Shown here: piece by piece, positions 1 through 11,500 of the stretch | How the letters are laid out: each line of letters begins with the position of its first letter | Position numbering within the stretch: the stretch's first letter is position 1 | NCBI GenBank assembly: GCA_949841595.1 | Contig: CATKZB010000002.1 | Location: forward strand, 64,295-128,294 | Length of the DNA stretch: 64,000 nucleotides | Reading direction: 5' to 3' | Source: an uncultured Christensenella sp. | GTDB lineage: Bacteria; Bacillota; Clostridia; Christensenellales; UBA1242 | Made by a program: the position numbers and the translations under genes | Notes under the pieces: model-generated | The model's input: the letters and a program-made list of their open reading frames with translations, nothing else | What the model was told of the DNA's origin: nothing | Database searches by the model: none

Positions 1-1255
1 AAAGTGCTGATTCATTAAGTCTTTTTCCATGACAAACAGGGCAAGTTTGTTCTCTCATAAACCTGCCAATTTCAAATTTTATATACTCACTTGTTGTTTC
101 GCGATATCTTCTGCGCAAATTGTTGATAATCCCTTCAAATGAGACCGTCATAAGTCTTTTTCCATGTTCATTATCAACTTCCACTTCAATCTTATCTGAG
201 CCCGTTCCATAAAGCAAAATTTTCAATTTATCTTTAGGCAATTTGTTAAGTGGCATGCTTAAATCAATGTCATATTGTTTTGACAACGCAACAAAATATG
301 CTCTTGCCATAGAGCCTTCTTCCATTCTCCAACCTGTTAAATTCAAAGCTCCCTCATTGATTGAAAGATTGGCATTCTTAAGCACCAAGCCTTCATCAAT
401 ATCAAGAGTGTAACCAAGCCCAGTGCAATGAGGACAAGCACCATAAGGGGCGTTAAAAGAAAAGAGTCTTGGAGAAATTTCTTCCAAAGTCCAGCCACAT
501 TCTGGACATGCATAATTTGTGGAAAATAATTCTCTTTTTTCATCTGTTGAAATAATCACAAGTCCATCTGCAAGTTTCAATGCCGTTTCCAAGCTTCCGG
601 TAAGTCTTGTATCTTTACCTTCTTTAATAACAATTCTGTCAATCACAACATTGATATTATGTTTCAAATTTTTGTCAAGAGTTATTGTTTCATCCAGTGT
701 GAAGATGTTGCCATCAATTTCAACACGCACATATCCACTTCTTTTTAAAGATTCCAACAATTTCTCATGTCTTCCCTTTTGACCTCTTATGGCTGGTGCA
801 AGAATTGTTATTTTTGCCCCCTCCCCAAATGCCTTGATTGCATCCACAATTTGATCTATGCTCTGTTGTTTAACTTCCCTATGGCAGTGTGGACAATATG
901 GAATCCCAACCCTTGCAAACAAAAGTCTTAAATAATCATAAATTTCAGTAACTGTTCCAACCGTTGAACGTGGATTGCGATTTGTGGTTTTTTGGTCGAT
1001 TGAAATTGCAGGCGAAAGCCCTTCAATCACTTCCACATCTGGCTTTTGAGTTTGTCCCAAAAATTGCCTAGCATAAGAGGACAAACTTTCAATATATCTT
1101 CTTTGCCCTTCAGCAAAAATTGTTCCAAAAGCAAGAGATGACTTTCCAGAACCACTGACTCCAGTGAAAACAACAAATTTATCTCTTGGAATTTCTAAAC
1201 TGACATTTTTAAGATTATTTTCTTTTGCACCTTTAATAATAATAGAATTTTTCAT
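1..1255 (-). CDS. uvrA: excinuclease ABC subunit A, N-terminal ~418 codons (gene continues past the window start)
   Basis: Hand translation from ATG 1255 downward stays open to nt 1: [43 protein letters not shown] (Walker A), then CPHC and CPEC..CPHC zinc-finger motifs. It is absent from the ORF track only because no stop lies inside the window. Confidence 0.9.
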   Translation of the reverse strand, partial: MKNSIIIKGAKENNLKNVSLEIPRDKFVVFTGVSGSGKSSLAFGTIFAEGQRRYIESLSSYARQFLGQTQKPDVEVIEGLSPAISIDQKTTNRNPRSTVGTVTEIYDYLRLLFARVGIPYCPHCHREVKQQSIDQIVDAIKAFGEGAKITILAPAIRGQKGRHEKLLESLKRSGYVRVEIDGNIFTLDETITLDKNLKHNINVVIDRIVIKEGKDTRLTGSLETALKLADGLVIISTDEKRELFSTNYACPECGWTLEEISPRLFSFNAPYGACPHCTGLGYTLDIDEGLVLKNANLSINEGALNLTGWRMEEGSMARAYFVALSKQYDIDLSMPLNKLPKDKLKILLYGTGSDKIEVEVDNEHGKRLMTVSFEGIINNLRRRYRETTSEYIKFEIGRFMREQTCPVCHGKRLNESAL

Positions 1256-1314
1256 CTTTCTCTCCGTATTTTCACATTAATTATACCACAAAACAACAAA
1301 AAATTAACAAGAAA

Positions 1315-1337
1315 AACAGCACTTTATTTGTGCTGTT
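1315..1337. terminator. stem-loop after the 165-aa ORF, T/A runs on both sides (bidirectional type)
   Basis: AACAGCAC - 7 nt - GTGCTGTT, 2 nt beyond the stop at 1340-1342. On the minus strand it is followed by TTTTCTTG. Confidence 0.6.
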
Positions 1338-1339
1338 TT

Positions 1340-1837
1340 TTATTTGCTTCGTCCTTTAACATCATTCTGAAAAATTTTATTTCCTTTATAAATAACCGGT
1401 TGAGTTTTCACTCTCTCTGGAACTCTCCAACCATCTTTTAATCCATAAAGCGTGGTCATTCCCCTAATTAAACTCAAATTTGGATCTAAATTTTCTTCTG
1501 GAGTCATGTTTGGCTGTTTCACAGAAAAAGCAACAACCTTTCCGAAATATTCTTCAGGGATTTGGTCAAGCACTTGTTCTGTTGTTGGTTGAAAACTCAT
1601 ATCCCAACCCACTTGACTGTGAAAAGTGTCAATAGTTGCAATCTTAACCAAACAATCAGCTTTACAAAGTGGCGTACCTTTTTTCTTTAAATTTACATAA
1701 CTTGAAATTTCTTCAGCTTTAAAATAAAACAATCCACCATTTGAAAAACTTTTGCCCATTAACTTAATTTTCGCAACAGGCTTGATATTTTTTGCAAGTT
1801 CAACAATTTCTTCTGAAGTTCTTTTCAAAATATACAT
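1340..1837 (-). CDS. hypothetical 165-aa protein inserted between uvrB and uvrA
   Basis: ORF track. AGGTGG SD lies 7 nt upstream of ATG 1837, and the ORF has its own terminator. I recognise no motif. Confidence 0.6.
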   Translation of the reverse strand: MYILKRTSEEIVELAKNIKPVAKIKLMGKSFSNGGLFYFKAEEISSYVNLKKKGTPLCKADCLVKIATIDTFHSQVGWDMSFQPTTEQVLDQIPEEYFGKVVAFSVKQPNMTPEENLDPNLSLIRGMTTLYGLKDGWRVPERVKTQPVIYKGNKIFQNDVKGRSK

Positions 1838-1845
1838 AATAAAAC

Positions 1846-1878
1846 CACCTTTTCTTCATTTTATCAAAAGAGAAGGTG
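1846..1878 (-). promoter_or_regulatory. hairpin between uvrB stop and the 165-aa ORF that includes that ORF's SD (terminator/attenuator candidate)
   Basis: Arms CACCTTTTCTT (1846-1856) and AAGAGAAGGTG (1868-1878), 10 of 11 pairs. On the minus-strand RNA the 3' arm carries AGGUGG and is followed by UUUUAUU then AUG. Confidence 0.4.
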
Positions 1879-1894
1879 ATTGTCAATAGTCAAT

Positions 1895-3865
1895 TTAATC
1901 TATTTTTTCTTTGCGATTAAGCCGTTTTTTCAAAGAATTTATCTTGTTTCTAAGTTCGATTGCTCTCTCAAAATCAAGTTGAGAGGAAGCAATTCTCATC
2001 ATTGATGTAAGCCTGTCAATTTCTTGAGGAATATCTTTTTTGGCAATTGAATTTTCAGAAACTTTTTTGCTTATATCAAGAGTGTTTTTGATTTCTTTTA
2101 TAATTGTTTTTGGAATAATGTTGTGTTTTTTATTAAATTCTTCTTGCAATTTTCGACGACGTTCTGTTTCGTCAATTGCTTTTTTCATGGATTTTGTGAT
2201 ATTGTCTGCAAACATAACCACCCTTCCATTTGCATTTCTTGCAGCACGTCCTATTGTTTGTATCAAAGCACCTTCACTTCTCAAAAAGCCTTCTTTATCT
2301 GCATCAAGAATGCAAACTAATTCCACTTCAGGCATGTCCAATCCTTCTCGCAAAAGGTTGATTCCAACAAGAATATCAAATTCTCCTTGACGCAAGCCAT
2401 TGATGATTTCCACTCTTTCCATTGTGTCAATTTCAGAGTGCAAATATTTCACTTTAAACTCTCTGTCTGCCAAATAAGTCGTAAGGCTTTCTGCCATTTT
2501 TTTAGTGAGTGTTGTCACCAAAACTCTTGCATTTCTAACAATCGCTTTTTTGCACTCTTCCATCAAAACTTCAATTTGATTTTTGATTGGCTTAATTTCA
2601 ATCTTAGGATCAAGAAGTCCAGTTGGACGTATAACTTGTTCCACAACTTGCCCAGCTTTTTCAAGTTCATAACTTGCAGGTGTTGCAGAAACATAAATCG
2701 TTTGCTTCAAACGTTTTTCAAATTCTTCAAATTTCAAAGGTCTGTTGTCTCTGGCAGCCTCAAGACGAAAACCAAAATCCACCAAAGATGTCTTTCTTGC
2801 TTTATCGCCGTTATACATTGCTCGAATTTGAGGGATTGTCATATGGCTTTCATCAATGATTGTCAGAAAATCTTTTGGGAAATAGTCAATCAATGTGTAA
2901 GGAGGTTCACCCGGTTTTCTGCCATCAAAATATCTGGAATAATTTTCAATTCCACTGCAATAACCCACTTCTTGCATCATTTCAATGTCATAGGCAACTC
3001 TTTGCCCAATTCGTTCAGCTTCAATGGGTTTGTTGTGTGCTTCAAAATTTTTAATTGCTTTCTCTCTATCTTCAGAAATTTGTGCAATAGCATTTTTCAG
3101 AGTTGTGTTTCCAACTGCATAGTGAGTGGCTGGATAAATCGCCACAAAATCCAGTTCATTTATCAAATTTCCACTGACAGACTCAAATTCATAAATTTTT
3201 TCAATTTCATCCCCAAAAAAGCAAACTCTTATCGCCATTTCGGACTGGTTTGCAGGGAAAATATCCACAATATCGCCCTTAACACGAAAAGTGGTTCTTT
3301 TGAAATCGATGTCATTTCTTGTATACTGAATGGCAATCAAATGATTGATGAGATCATCTCTGTCAACTTCTTCCCCTTGTCTCAATGCAATATGCAAATT
3401 TCTATATTCATCTGGGCTTCCCAAACCGTAAATGCAAGAAACGGATGCAACCACAATCGTGTCTCTTCTTTCCAAAAGAGAAGATGTGGCAGATGAACGC
3501 AATTTGTCTATATCTTCATTTACACTCATATCTTTTTCAATATATGTGTCAGTTGTGACGATGTAAGCTTCTGGTTGATAATAATCATAATATGAAACAA
3601 AATATTCCACCCTGTTGTTAGGAAAAAATTCACGAAATTCATTGCAAAGTTGAGCTGCCAAAGTTTTGTTGTGTGCAATCACCAAAGTTGGTTTGTTGAC
3701 TTTTTGAATGATGTTTGCCATGGTAAAGGTTTTTCCCGAACCTGTGACTCCTAAAAGCACTTGGTCTTTAAGACCATCTTCAATGCCCTCAACAAGTTTT
3801 TCAATAGCCTCTGGCTGATCACCAGCTGGCTGATATTTTGATTGTAAATTAAATATTTGTTCCAT
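1895..3865 (-). CDS. uvrB: excinuclease ABC subunit B
   Basis: GVTGSGKTF Walker A, IIDESH box, helicase motifs and C-terminal UvrB coiled-coil region. ATG 3865 ([18 protein letters not shown]) is preferred over TTG 3883. Confidence 0.95.
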   Translation of the reverse strand: MEQIFNLQSKYQPAGDQPEAIEKLVEGIEDGLKDQVLLGVTGSGKTFTMANIIQKVNKPTLVIAHNKTLAAQLCNEFREFFPNNRVEYFVSYYDYYQPEAYIVTTDTYIEKDMSVNEDIDKLRSSATSSLLERRDTIVVASVSCIYGLGSPDEYRNLHIALRQGEEVDRDDLINHLIAIQYTRNDIDFKRTTFRVKGDIVDIFPANQSEMAIRVCFFGDEIEKIYEFESVSGNLINELDFVAIYPATHYAVGNTTLKNAIAQISEDREKAIKNFEAHNKPIEAERIGQRVAYDIEMMQEVGYCSGIENYSRYFDGRKPGEPPYTLIDYFPKDFLTIIDESHMTIPQIRAMYNGDKARKTSLVDFGFRLEAARDNRPLKFEEFEKRLKQTIYVSATPASYELEKAGQVVEQVIRPTGLLDPKIEIKPIKNQIEVLMEECKKAIVRNARVLVTTLTKKMAESLTTYLADREFKVKYLHSEIDTMERVEIINGLRQGEFDILVGINLLREGLDMPEVELVCILDADKEGFLRSEGALIQTIGRAARNANGRVVMFADNITKSMKKAIDETERRRKLQEEFNKKHNIIPKTIIKEIKNTLDISKKVSENSIAKKDIPQEIDRLTSMMRIASSQLDFERAIELRNKINSLKKRLNRKEKID

Positions 3866-3871
3866 ATGTTT

Positions 3872-3899
3872 ATTATAACACAAAATATAAAAATTGTAA
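3872..3899 (-). promoter_or_regulatory. sigma-A type promoter placed for a leaderless uvrB mRNA
   Basis: Minus strand: TTACAA (3899-3894) - 16 nt - TGtTATAAT (3880-3872) - 6 nt - ATG 3865, with no SD in between. Confidence 0.45.
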
Positions 3900-3909
3900 T
3901 AAAATCAGA

Positions 3910-4269
3910 TCAACTTTTAAATATTGCTCGCAAAATAATACCAAAAACAAAGCTGACTGTTGCCAAAAACATGCTCCTTAAAACCAACATTCCAAAAGTT
4001 CTTCTGTTGCGTTTTGTGTCCACCAAATAAGATTGACCACTTTTCTTCAGGTTCACACAATAAAAATAACCATTTTTTCCATCTGAAACCACAAAATCTA
4101 TATAATTCTCATTTGCAAGTGTAACCATGATTTCATCGATTTCTTCCACAGATAAGACATATTTTTTTGACAAAGCTTGAGTGATTTCTTGTGGCGAAAT
4201 AAGATATGTCTTCTTTCGTTGACACCTGTTGCACAAATAAGTCATAACCATCTTTTCTTTCTTTGTCAT
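3910..4269 (-). CDS. membrane-anchored winged-helix-like protein, paralog A (119 aa, C-terminal TM)
   Basis: ORF track. The N-terminal ~85 aa have an HTH-like pattern and the C-terminal hydrophobic helix is LVLRSMFLATVSFVFGIILRAIF. It aligns by eye with the divergent neighbour. Confidence 0.6.
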   Translation of the reverse strand: MTKKEKMVMTYLCNRCQRKKTYLISPQEITQALSKKYVLSVEEIDEIMVTLANENYIDFVVSDGKNGYFYCVNLKKSGQSYLVDTKRNRRTFGMLVLRSMFLATVSFVFGIILRAIFKS

Positions 4270-4361
4270 AAACGCCTTTTTCTTTATTTTTTGCCAAAAT
4301 CATGCTATTTATGCTTACACAAACAAGTATAATTCTCACACATTTTAAGCACCCTAACAAT

Positions 4362-4748
4362 ATGTTAGACACAAAATCAAAATTTGTCCTTTCCATCTTG
4401 GCAAAAGATTGTGGAAATGGCAATTATAAAATAGTTGAAGTGTCGGATATAATCCAATCACTCCCTCGTCATCTAAGAATGGACAGTGAAGCAATAAAAC
4501 ACATCCTGACACATCTGGAACGTCAAGACATCATATCAATCAAATATGACGATGACGGAGTTTATTGTTTGGCAGTGTTGCCATATGGTTTTGAGATTTT
4601 GGAATCAGAAAAACCAAAATACTTTAAGAAAGAAAAAACAAGAAATAAAAAAATCAACTATCTTTCAATTTTTCTGTGTTTCATCTCTTCTTTGCTAGGG
4701 ACAACTCTTGGAATTGTGATTTGTTATTTTCTTCTCAAACTCTTTTAA
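4362..4748 (+). CDS. membrane-anchored winged-helix-like protein, paralog B (128 aa, C-terminal TM)
   Basis: ATG 4362 (MLDTKSKFVLSILAKDC...). Same K.K.V...L...C...Y.I...I.Q.L...S.E.I..I...L......I...D..G.YC..L..G...L pattern as paralog A, with C-terminal TM LSIFLCFISSLLGTTLGIVICYFLL. Confidence 0.55.
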   Translation: MLDTKSKFVLSILAKDCGNGNYKIVEVSDIIQSLPRHLRMDSEAIKHILTHLERQDIISIKYDDDGVYCLAVLPYGFEILESEKPKYFKKEKTRNKKINYLSIFLCFISSLLGTTLGIVICYFLLKLF

Positions 4749-4761
4749 ATTTGATAGAAAA

Positions 4762-4781
4762 AAAGACCTGAATAGGTCTTT
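4762..4781. terminator. bidirectional terminator between paralog B and radC
   Basis: AAAGACCT - gaat - AGGTCTTT, flanked by an A-run and a T-run. Confidence 0.7.
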
Positions 4782-4785
4782 TTTG

Positions 4786-5520
4786 TTAATTTCTAAATGC
4801 AGTTTTCAATTGATCAATGTCACAATATGTTCTTACAAACTTACTATCTTTTTGGCTAAACACTCCATCTTCACCCAAAATGTAAGAATCAATCAAATCA
4901 ACACCACAAGTTCTGCAAATATTTTCAACCATATCAAAAGCTTCATTGTCCCCTTCTGATGGCACGGCACTTCCATATGGATGGCAGTGAGCAATCACCA
5001 GTGACGCAGGTTTTGCAGAAGTCAAAAAATTTGTTAAATCAAGAGCTGAAATCCCAACTTTTGCAGAATTATTTTTGTTTATTCTTCTCTTGTGAGTGAT
5101 TATGCTTCCGGCACTTATTGCAAGAAGCAACATGTTTTCGGTGTTTCTAAATCTCAAATTGTCTTCCACAATGTCAATTATTTCAGCTTTACAGCTCACT
5201 TTAAACTTTTTGCCCATTCTGGCAGTTGTGTAGTGATAAAACAATTCACCAAAAAGGGAAATTTTCTTTGCTGAACGCTCATTCAAACCAGGGATTTTAA
5301 CAAGTTCAGAAACATCAGCATCAACAACATGAGTGAAACTTTCAAACTCACTCAAAAGACGATGAGCAAGAGGGTTGACATCTCCTCTCGGGAAAATATA
5401 AGTCAAAAACAATTCCATAACTTGAATGTCACTCATATTGTCAACCCCTGCATTCAACGCCAAATCAACAAGGCGTTTTCTGTGACCATCATGCATTCCT
5501 TTCTCATCAGTTTTCTTCAT
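4786..5520 (-). CDS. radC: RadC-like JAB/MPN domain protein
   Basis: HRKRL N-terminus, helix-hairpin-helix region, and JAB motif HCHPYGSAVPSEGD. ATG 5520 is preceded by AGGAG. Confidence 0.8.
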   Translation of the reverse strand: MKKTDEKGMHDGHRKRLVDLALNAGVDNMSDIQVMELFLTYIFPRGDVNPLAHRLLSEFESFTHVVDADVSELVKIPGLNERSAKKISLFGELFYHYTTARMGKKFKVSCKAEIIDIVEDNLRFRNTENMLLLAISAGSIITHKRRINKNNSAKVGISALDLTNFLTSAKPASLVIAHCHPYGSAVPSEGDNEAFDMVENICRTCGVDLIDSYILGEDGVFSQKDSKFVRTYCDIDQLKTAFRN

Positions 5521-5531
5521 AAATTTATCTC

Positions 5532-8500
5532 CTAGTTTATTTGCTGCCCAGCAACAAAGTTTCCACCTGAGTTGATGTTTTCTCCACTCGTCCAAATAAC
5601 TTTTTGATAGTTTTCCACACTGCCACTACTTATCCAATAAAACCAAACCACTGATGGTATATACATTCTATCATGTTTAGAAATAACAGTTTGTTCTGAA
5701 TAATAAACTTTTTCAGTTGAAGAATAGGTAGTCTCTTTTTCGAAAGCATTGCCTACTCTTGAAATCCAGTGCTTTTTTAAAATATCATCATAGTTCATAG
5801 CTGTATAGTTGTTAAATTCATAGTATCCTTCAGCTTCTGTTCTATTATTGAAAATTTTCAAATTTCGTGCCATTCCAAATGCAATATTATTTCCATTTTG
5901 GACTCTCCAGTTACCCATAGATATTCCCTTTGAGCCTTCTCCAGTATTTAAGATGACTTTTGGTTTAAGCATCATCAATCCGTTCGGAAGCCTAACTTCC
6001 TCAAACCCATTCTCTGTTTTGTTTGCAAGCGAACCTGCTTTTCCAGATGAATAATAAGTGTTACCGACAATCCTTCCAAAACCACCAATTCCGGAATTTC
6101 CATTAAAGTTTTTAATAGTTCCCTTACTTCCATTAATAGCTAAACCAGTAACACCTGTCGAAGTTCCATTAGAGCCAGTTTGTCCAGCTCTTCCAGCTCC
6201 ACCTCCACCAAGAACAGTGTTGTTATTAAAGCATCCATTTTCACCATTGCCACCATAACCACCAACACCAGCAGTTCCAATTCTTACAATGCCTGAGAAG
6301 GCGCTATTTACTTCTATATTTCCACCATTGCCACCAACTTTAGCATCATCGCCATTATGGTTATCGGCTCTTAATTTCCCATTTGTTCCATTGGCACCGT
6401 TGCCTGCAACAATCAAATTTTTGCTTATATAACTATTTTCATTATTATCTGGGAGTTTTACTTCACCACAATCTTTAATAGTAACATTTACATCAACATT
6501 ATTGGTTGTTCCATCCAAGCCATTGATAGCAACAAAGCTCTTAATCTTATCACCTGAAACTTTAACACCAAAATCTACATATCCTGACATTTGATTATTC
6601 ACATTTCTTATATTACCGAAAAGCGAAATATTATTTATGCTTGCACTGCTTGATTTGCACAATAATGAATTTTCTCCAGATTCCTTTAAGTTTTCCATAG
6701 AAACAATTCCAACAAGGTTCAAATTTTCAATATATTTATTATTTTCACCAAACAAAGATATTCCGTTTGAATTTGAATTGCTTTGATACTTAATGACATG
6801 ATTTTCTGCTAGCAATATTTTATCGTTTGAAGAAAAATTAAATTCTTCAATATAGCAATCTCCTGACAATATCACAACATTAGCATCAAATATTTCTTCC
6901 GAACTTTCTGTGAAAACTGATTTTTCTTTTGTGATGTCTTTTGAAATTGCATATCTGTATTGAACATTGTTTTCTCCCAAGTTCAATCCATCAACAACAA
7001 ATACATCATTTTCTTTTGTTGCTGAAATCCATTCTCCCCCATTTAGACTATACTCAAAGCTATTTTCTACAAAAGTTCCACCATCAAGTTTGTCACTCAC
7101 AGAAATTGTATTGTTCGTTTCATTAAATAAAGTCATATTTTCTGAAGGAGCAACGTAAATCTCAGGATCACCAGTTTTTGTTATTTCAACAGAAAACTCT
7201 CCTATCTCATTTCTTATAAAAGTTATGTGATTTTCGTTGAAATCTCCAACAATTAAATCAATATTTAGTTTTTCAGAACCATTTTGCCAAGTAACTTCCC
7301 AAACTGTATATTTCTCTTCTCCAATTACTGCTCCTGCTTCATCTTTAATTGGAACAGTTTTTTCAACTTGTTTTTTAGAATAGTTAATTCCGTTCAATAA
7401 AGAGAAGTCAATATTTTCTTCTGCCTCAACACTGGAGTAATCATATCCTGATTCACCTTTATTCAACTTAAACATTTTGTTATTTGTAAAATCAAAAACA
7501 TATCTTATTGAATTTCCTTCAACTTCAAATTCAACACCCACTGCTCCGGTTTCATAAACTCTGTAATCAAAAGCATAATTGAATGTGTGATTTTCGTTTT
7601 TATCAACAATTCTAGATTCCATTCTTGTTGAAACATAATTTCTACCACTAATCAAATCAATTAATCTAGACAAATTTTCATTTGTTGAACTTTCTGCTAT
7701 AACTTCTTCTGTTGTTTTTGTGAAAGTATAATATTTCGAATCGTTTTCATCTGCCAATAAGTCATTACTTAACATTGACACAGCTTGCAAGTTATTACTA
7801 TCATCTCGTTGCTCTTGTAATTGAAATCTTTCATTATCATTCAAAATGTTTTTAAGATTATATGAAACAGAAATAGATTTGTCTTTAGCATTTTCTATAT
7901 TTTCAATAACTTTAACAGTCTCATCTTTCTCCAAACACCCTTGAATATAATTTACAACTGATTCACCTGTCAAAACTTTGATCTCATATCCAAAGTCTTT
8001 CAATGCTGTAATTTCAACTTTAGAAAGTTTGTAGACATAAGATACTTTCATCTCAACAAACTCAATACCAAAGAAAGTTTTTGTAACTTTTTCAATATAT
8101 TCTTCATTGCCTACATTTGCGTTTTCAAAATCTTCGCCAGTATAATTTCCTCCAGTATTAAAATCTCCTTGATTCTGCAATTCTCTTTCGATAACAAAAG
8201 ATAAATCATTTCTTCCTATGCTATCCGTTCTTGATGTTGAAATGCTTCCAGAATAACTATTCTCAGAATTTTTACGCAGATACAAATCTTGTGCACCAAC
8301 AAAACCAGCCAACCGAATTTCATCATCACCTGTCCATTCTGCATTTTGATTGATTTTTTCTTCCGTTACCCCGTCTACTTCGACCAAATCTGCCTTAACA
8401 ATATATAAATAATTAACGCCCGTATCTTCATCTTTATCAACATAAACTTTATAATTATCCAGCATATTATCTGCTGATGTCCAAGCATTTTTAGCAAAGC

Positions 8501-11500
8501 CGAAACTATAATTTGAAGAGCCAAATGCAACCTTTCCAGCTGATTCCAAAGTTGAAAGAGAAACTCTTTTTCCGTATACATCATTAGTTTCATTCTTAAC
8601 ATCTTCAAATCCACTTAACTTGTTTGAAAGAATTGTTTTTTCATAACCATTAAAAGGTATTACACTTGAAACAACATCTTCAATTTCAGCTAAATTTAAT
8701 TCTTCTGTTTTGTTAGTTTCACCAATTATGGTGCTTGTATTCTCAACAACTGTGGTCGTTGTTGTCAATGTGAATGATAATATTCCAGCTAAATCCTCTA
8801 TCGACTCTAAATCTTTATTAAATAAATAAGCACAATTATTTTCTAACTTAAAGGAATCTTCATTTGAATTTGAGAAAAATCCTAATTCCCAACTATCTAA
8901 TAAAACATCACCTACTCTTGCAGACCAGCTATATTTTATCTCTTTGTTACCTTCAGTTCTTCCATTTTTTATATCTTCAACTTGGGTAGAACTAATAAAT
9001 TCATTATTGTTATTTTTCAGTAAAATATAAACACCTTTATGTTCTTCATCAACACTTCCATCTTCTTTCTGTCCAGAATAATAGATTACATTTTGTCTTT
9101 TCAATGTAATTTCTTGTGGAGTTGTTGAATATGTAAATGTAACAGTAATATCTGCATTTTCCACCTTTTCGGCGAAATATAAATCTATAGTCGCCTCAGT
9201 TCCATTGATTTTAACACTATAATATTGAGGGTTAACTGACCTTCCACCAACTTTCACTTCTTTAACAACAATGTCATTTTTTGTAATTTTTGACACATCT
9301 ATATTATTTCCTGTTAATGAAACAGTAACTGTTGCATGATGTGGCGCATAAACAGTTTTCAACCCCTCACCAGACGGCACAATCACAACATTAATTCCAT
9401 TGACAAAAATTTTCTTTAATGTTTCTTTAGAACTATCTCTTTTCTTGTCAATCTCAGATATTTTTTCACTAATATCATCCAAAATTGAATTTGTTGTATT
9501 TTCAACAACCTGTTGTTTAGCTAAATCAAACCCAACAAGTCCAAAATAGTATCCTTCTTCATCATGCACAAGTGCATCGTAACCCACAAATTCAGTAGAT
9601 GCTGTATATGTTGATGTTCCAGAAAGTGAAAAATCCATTTCAGAATAACCAGATGTTTTCCCATTTAAGCCTGTTTGTGTATCATCACTTTCTTGGCTCA
9701 ATTTATTTCCATTTTTATTATAAATTGCACTATATCTATTATAATTTTTGTTCCAATCATTTGATTCATAAGTTGTTTGAATTTCATTTATATTCCCAGA
9801 CCCATTTGGATTTCCATATGTTCTTGTAATGGTGTCAGTCATATATATTCTTTGACTCAAGCCATAAGAATCTAATCCATTGGTTTTAATTTTGGTATCA
9901 GCATCAAATTGTCCATAGAAAGGCAATTTTTTTCCATCGTTATCGTTATCGAGAATATTCTTTCTATTCAGTGTAATTTCTTGAGTATCAACAAATTCAC
10001 CCATATTTCCATCATTTTTGATGTTTCTTATTGATGTTGAATTACTTTCAAAACTATTATTGCCCCGACCGGCATAACCAATTCCATAGGCATAAACTTG
10101 TCTGAATTTATCTTTATTATATGTGGAAGTTACTTCATAAGTAATATCAAAAGGATCGTTAGTCCATTCTTGGTGGTTATATCCATTTGAAATTATTTTA
10201 AGTTCACTTATCTCTTGCGTTATGTTGTTATCCACCACTTTATTTATTGCTTGCACTGCGCCATCATTGATACAAGAAGATACTTCCACTCCATTTCCAT
10301 AGCCAAAGATACCTCCAGCCAATGAGTAATTTGTGCTTGAATAATTCCCAGCACCCACAAAACCAGTGTTATAACTTTCTGTTATTTCAGAATTTTGAGC
10401 ATAGCCCACAACACCACCAGCAAGATAAGGAACAGATTTTGTTGTTATATAACCACTCAGCACAGCATTTGCATTGTAAGAATTTGAAACGGTAACACCT
10501 TCAGCATATCCCACAAGTCCACCAACGATGTTATCTATAGAAGGACTATCTATATCATTATTTGACTTTTTATATCGTTTAATAGACAGAAGTTTATCGT
10601 TAATTTCAATTTGCTTGTTATTTTCTGCTTTATTGATTATCATTCCACTGTTTGAAGAATAACTCAAAGAAACATTGTCAGTAGAGTTTTCTGCATTTCC
10701 TTCAGCAGTTGTTGTTTCTGGCTTAGCAGGTTTAGCTTTATGCATATAGCCTACAACGCCACCTGTTATCACTCCACTTGTGCTTGTGGTTATATTGACA
10801 ACAGCGTCAATTCCAGATGCGTTTCCAATCAATTCACCAACAACACCACCAACATTTATAATAGTATTTTTGTTGGCACTCAACTCTCCAACAACAGTGA
10901 TATTCGAGATGTTTCCAGTGACTTGTCTAGCCAACAGACCAACATTAGTAAATCCACTTTTTGCAGTCACATTAACATTTGTCAATCTTAAGTTTTCAAT
11001 GTCTCCCACAACATTATTAAACAAGCCAACTGCTTGATTTGGTTCTCCATTTTCATTTTTAATATTTCCAAAATCCAAAGTGTTTCCTTGTCCATCAAAA
11101 TAGATATTTTCATTGATATTTTCCAATACACTTGAATTCACTTCAAAGCCATATCTCAAAACAAACTTATAATTTGCTGTTCGAGTTTCTTTGTTCATTT
11201 GATACAATTTGCCAACATTAAGAACAGCCAAATACCACTCATCATTTTTGTCAGCTTTATTTGTTGAACCAGTCTTATCATTGTTTATTGTGTATGCATA
11301 AGAAATCGCAGAATACTTATACTTTCCGTCTTTATATTCAACAGATTCACCTTCAGCATTTGTAGCTTTAAGTGCTTCACGTGTGTAAGTTGTGACATTT
11401 TTCAAATACCCAAATCCATGAGTTGCATAACCATTGTTTGTGTATGGAGAGAAATACCAAGTTGAATAACCAGCTGAGTAACTTCCATTATTAGTTTTAT

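Noticed and set aside
1256-1339. Searched the uvrA and uvrB upstream regions for a LexA/Cheo box (CGAAC-N4-GTTCG)
   Set aside because: No GAAC...GTTC dyad is present in either upstream region. SOS control cannot be supported from this sequence.
2387-3496. 369-aa plus-strand ORF (and several shorter ones, 2040-3054) opposite uvrB
   Set aside because: It is antisense to a strongly conserved uvrB frame. The product is Cys/Phe/Ile-rich low-complexity sequence, typical of the mirror of a K/E-rich gene in AT-rich DNA. It has no SD.
6058-6258. Pro-rich 66-aa plus-strand ORF, plus many other plus-strand or alternate-frame ORFs inside 5532-25073 (e.g. 23263..23652, 10780..11037, 16240..16509)
   Set aside because: All lie inside the giant minus-strand ORF. 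The Pro-rich one is simply the reverse complement of the Gly-rich tract (GGN against NCC). None has a start context.
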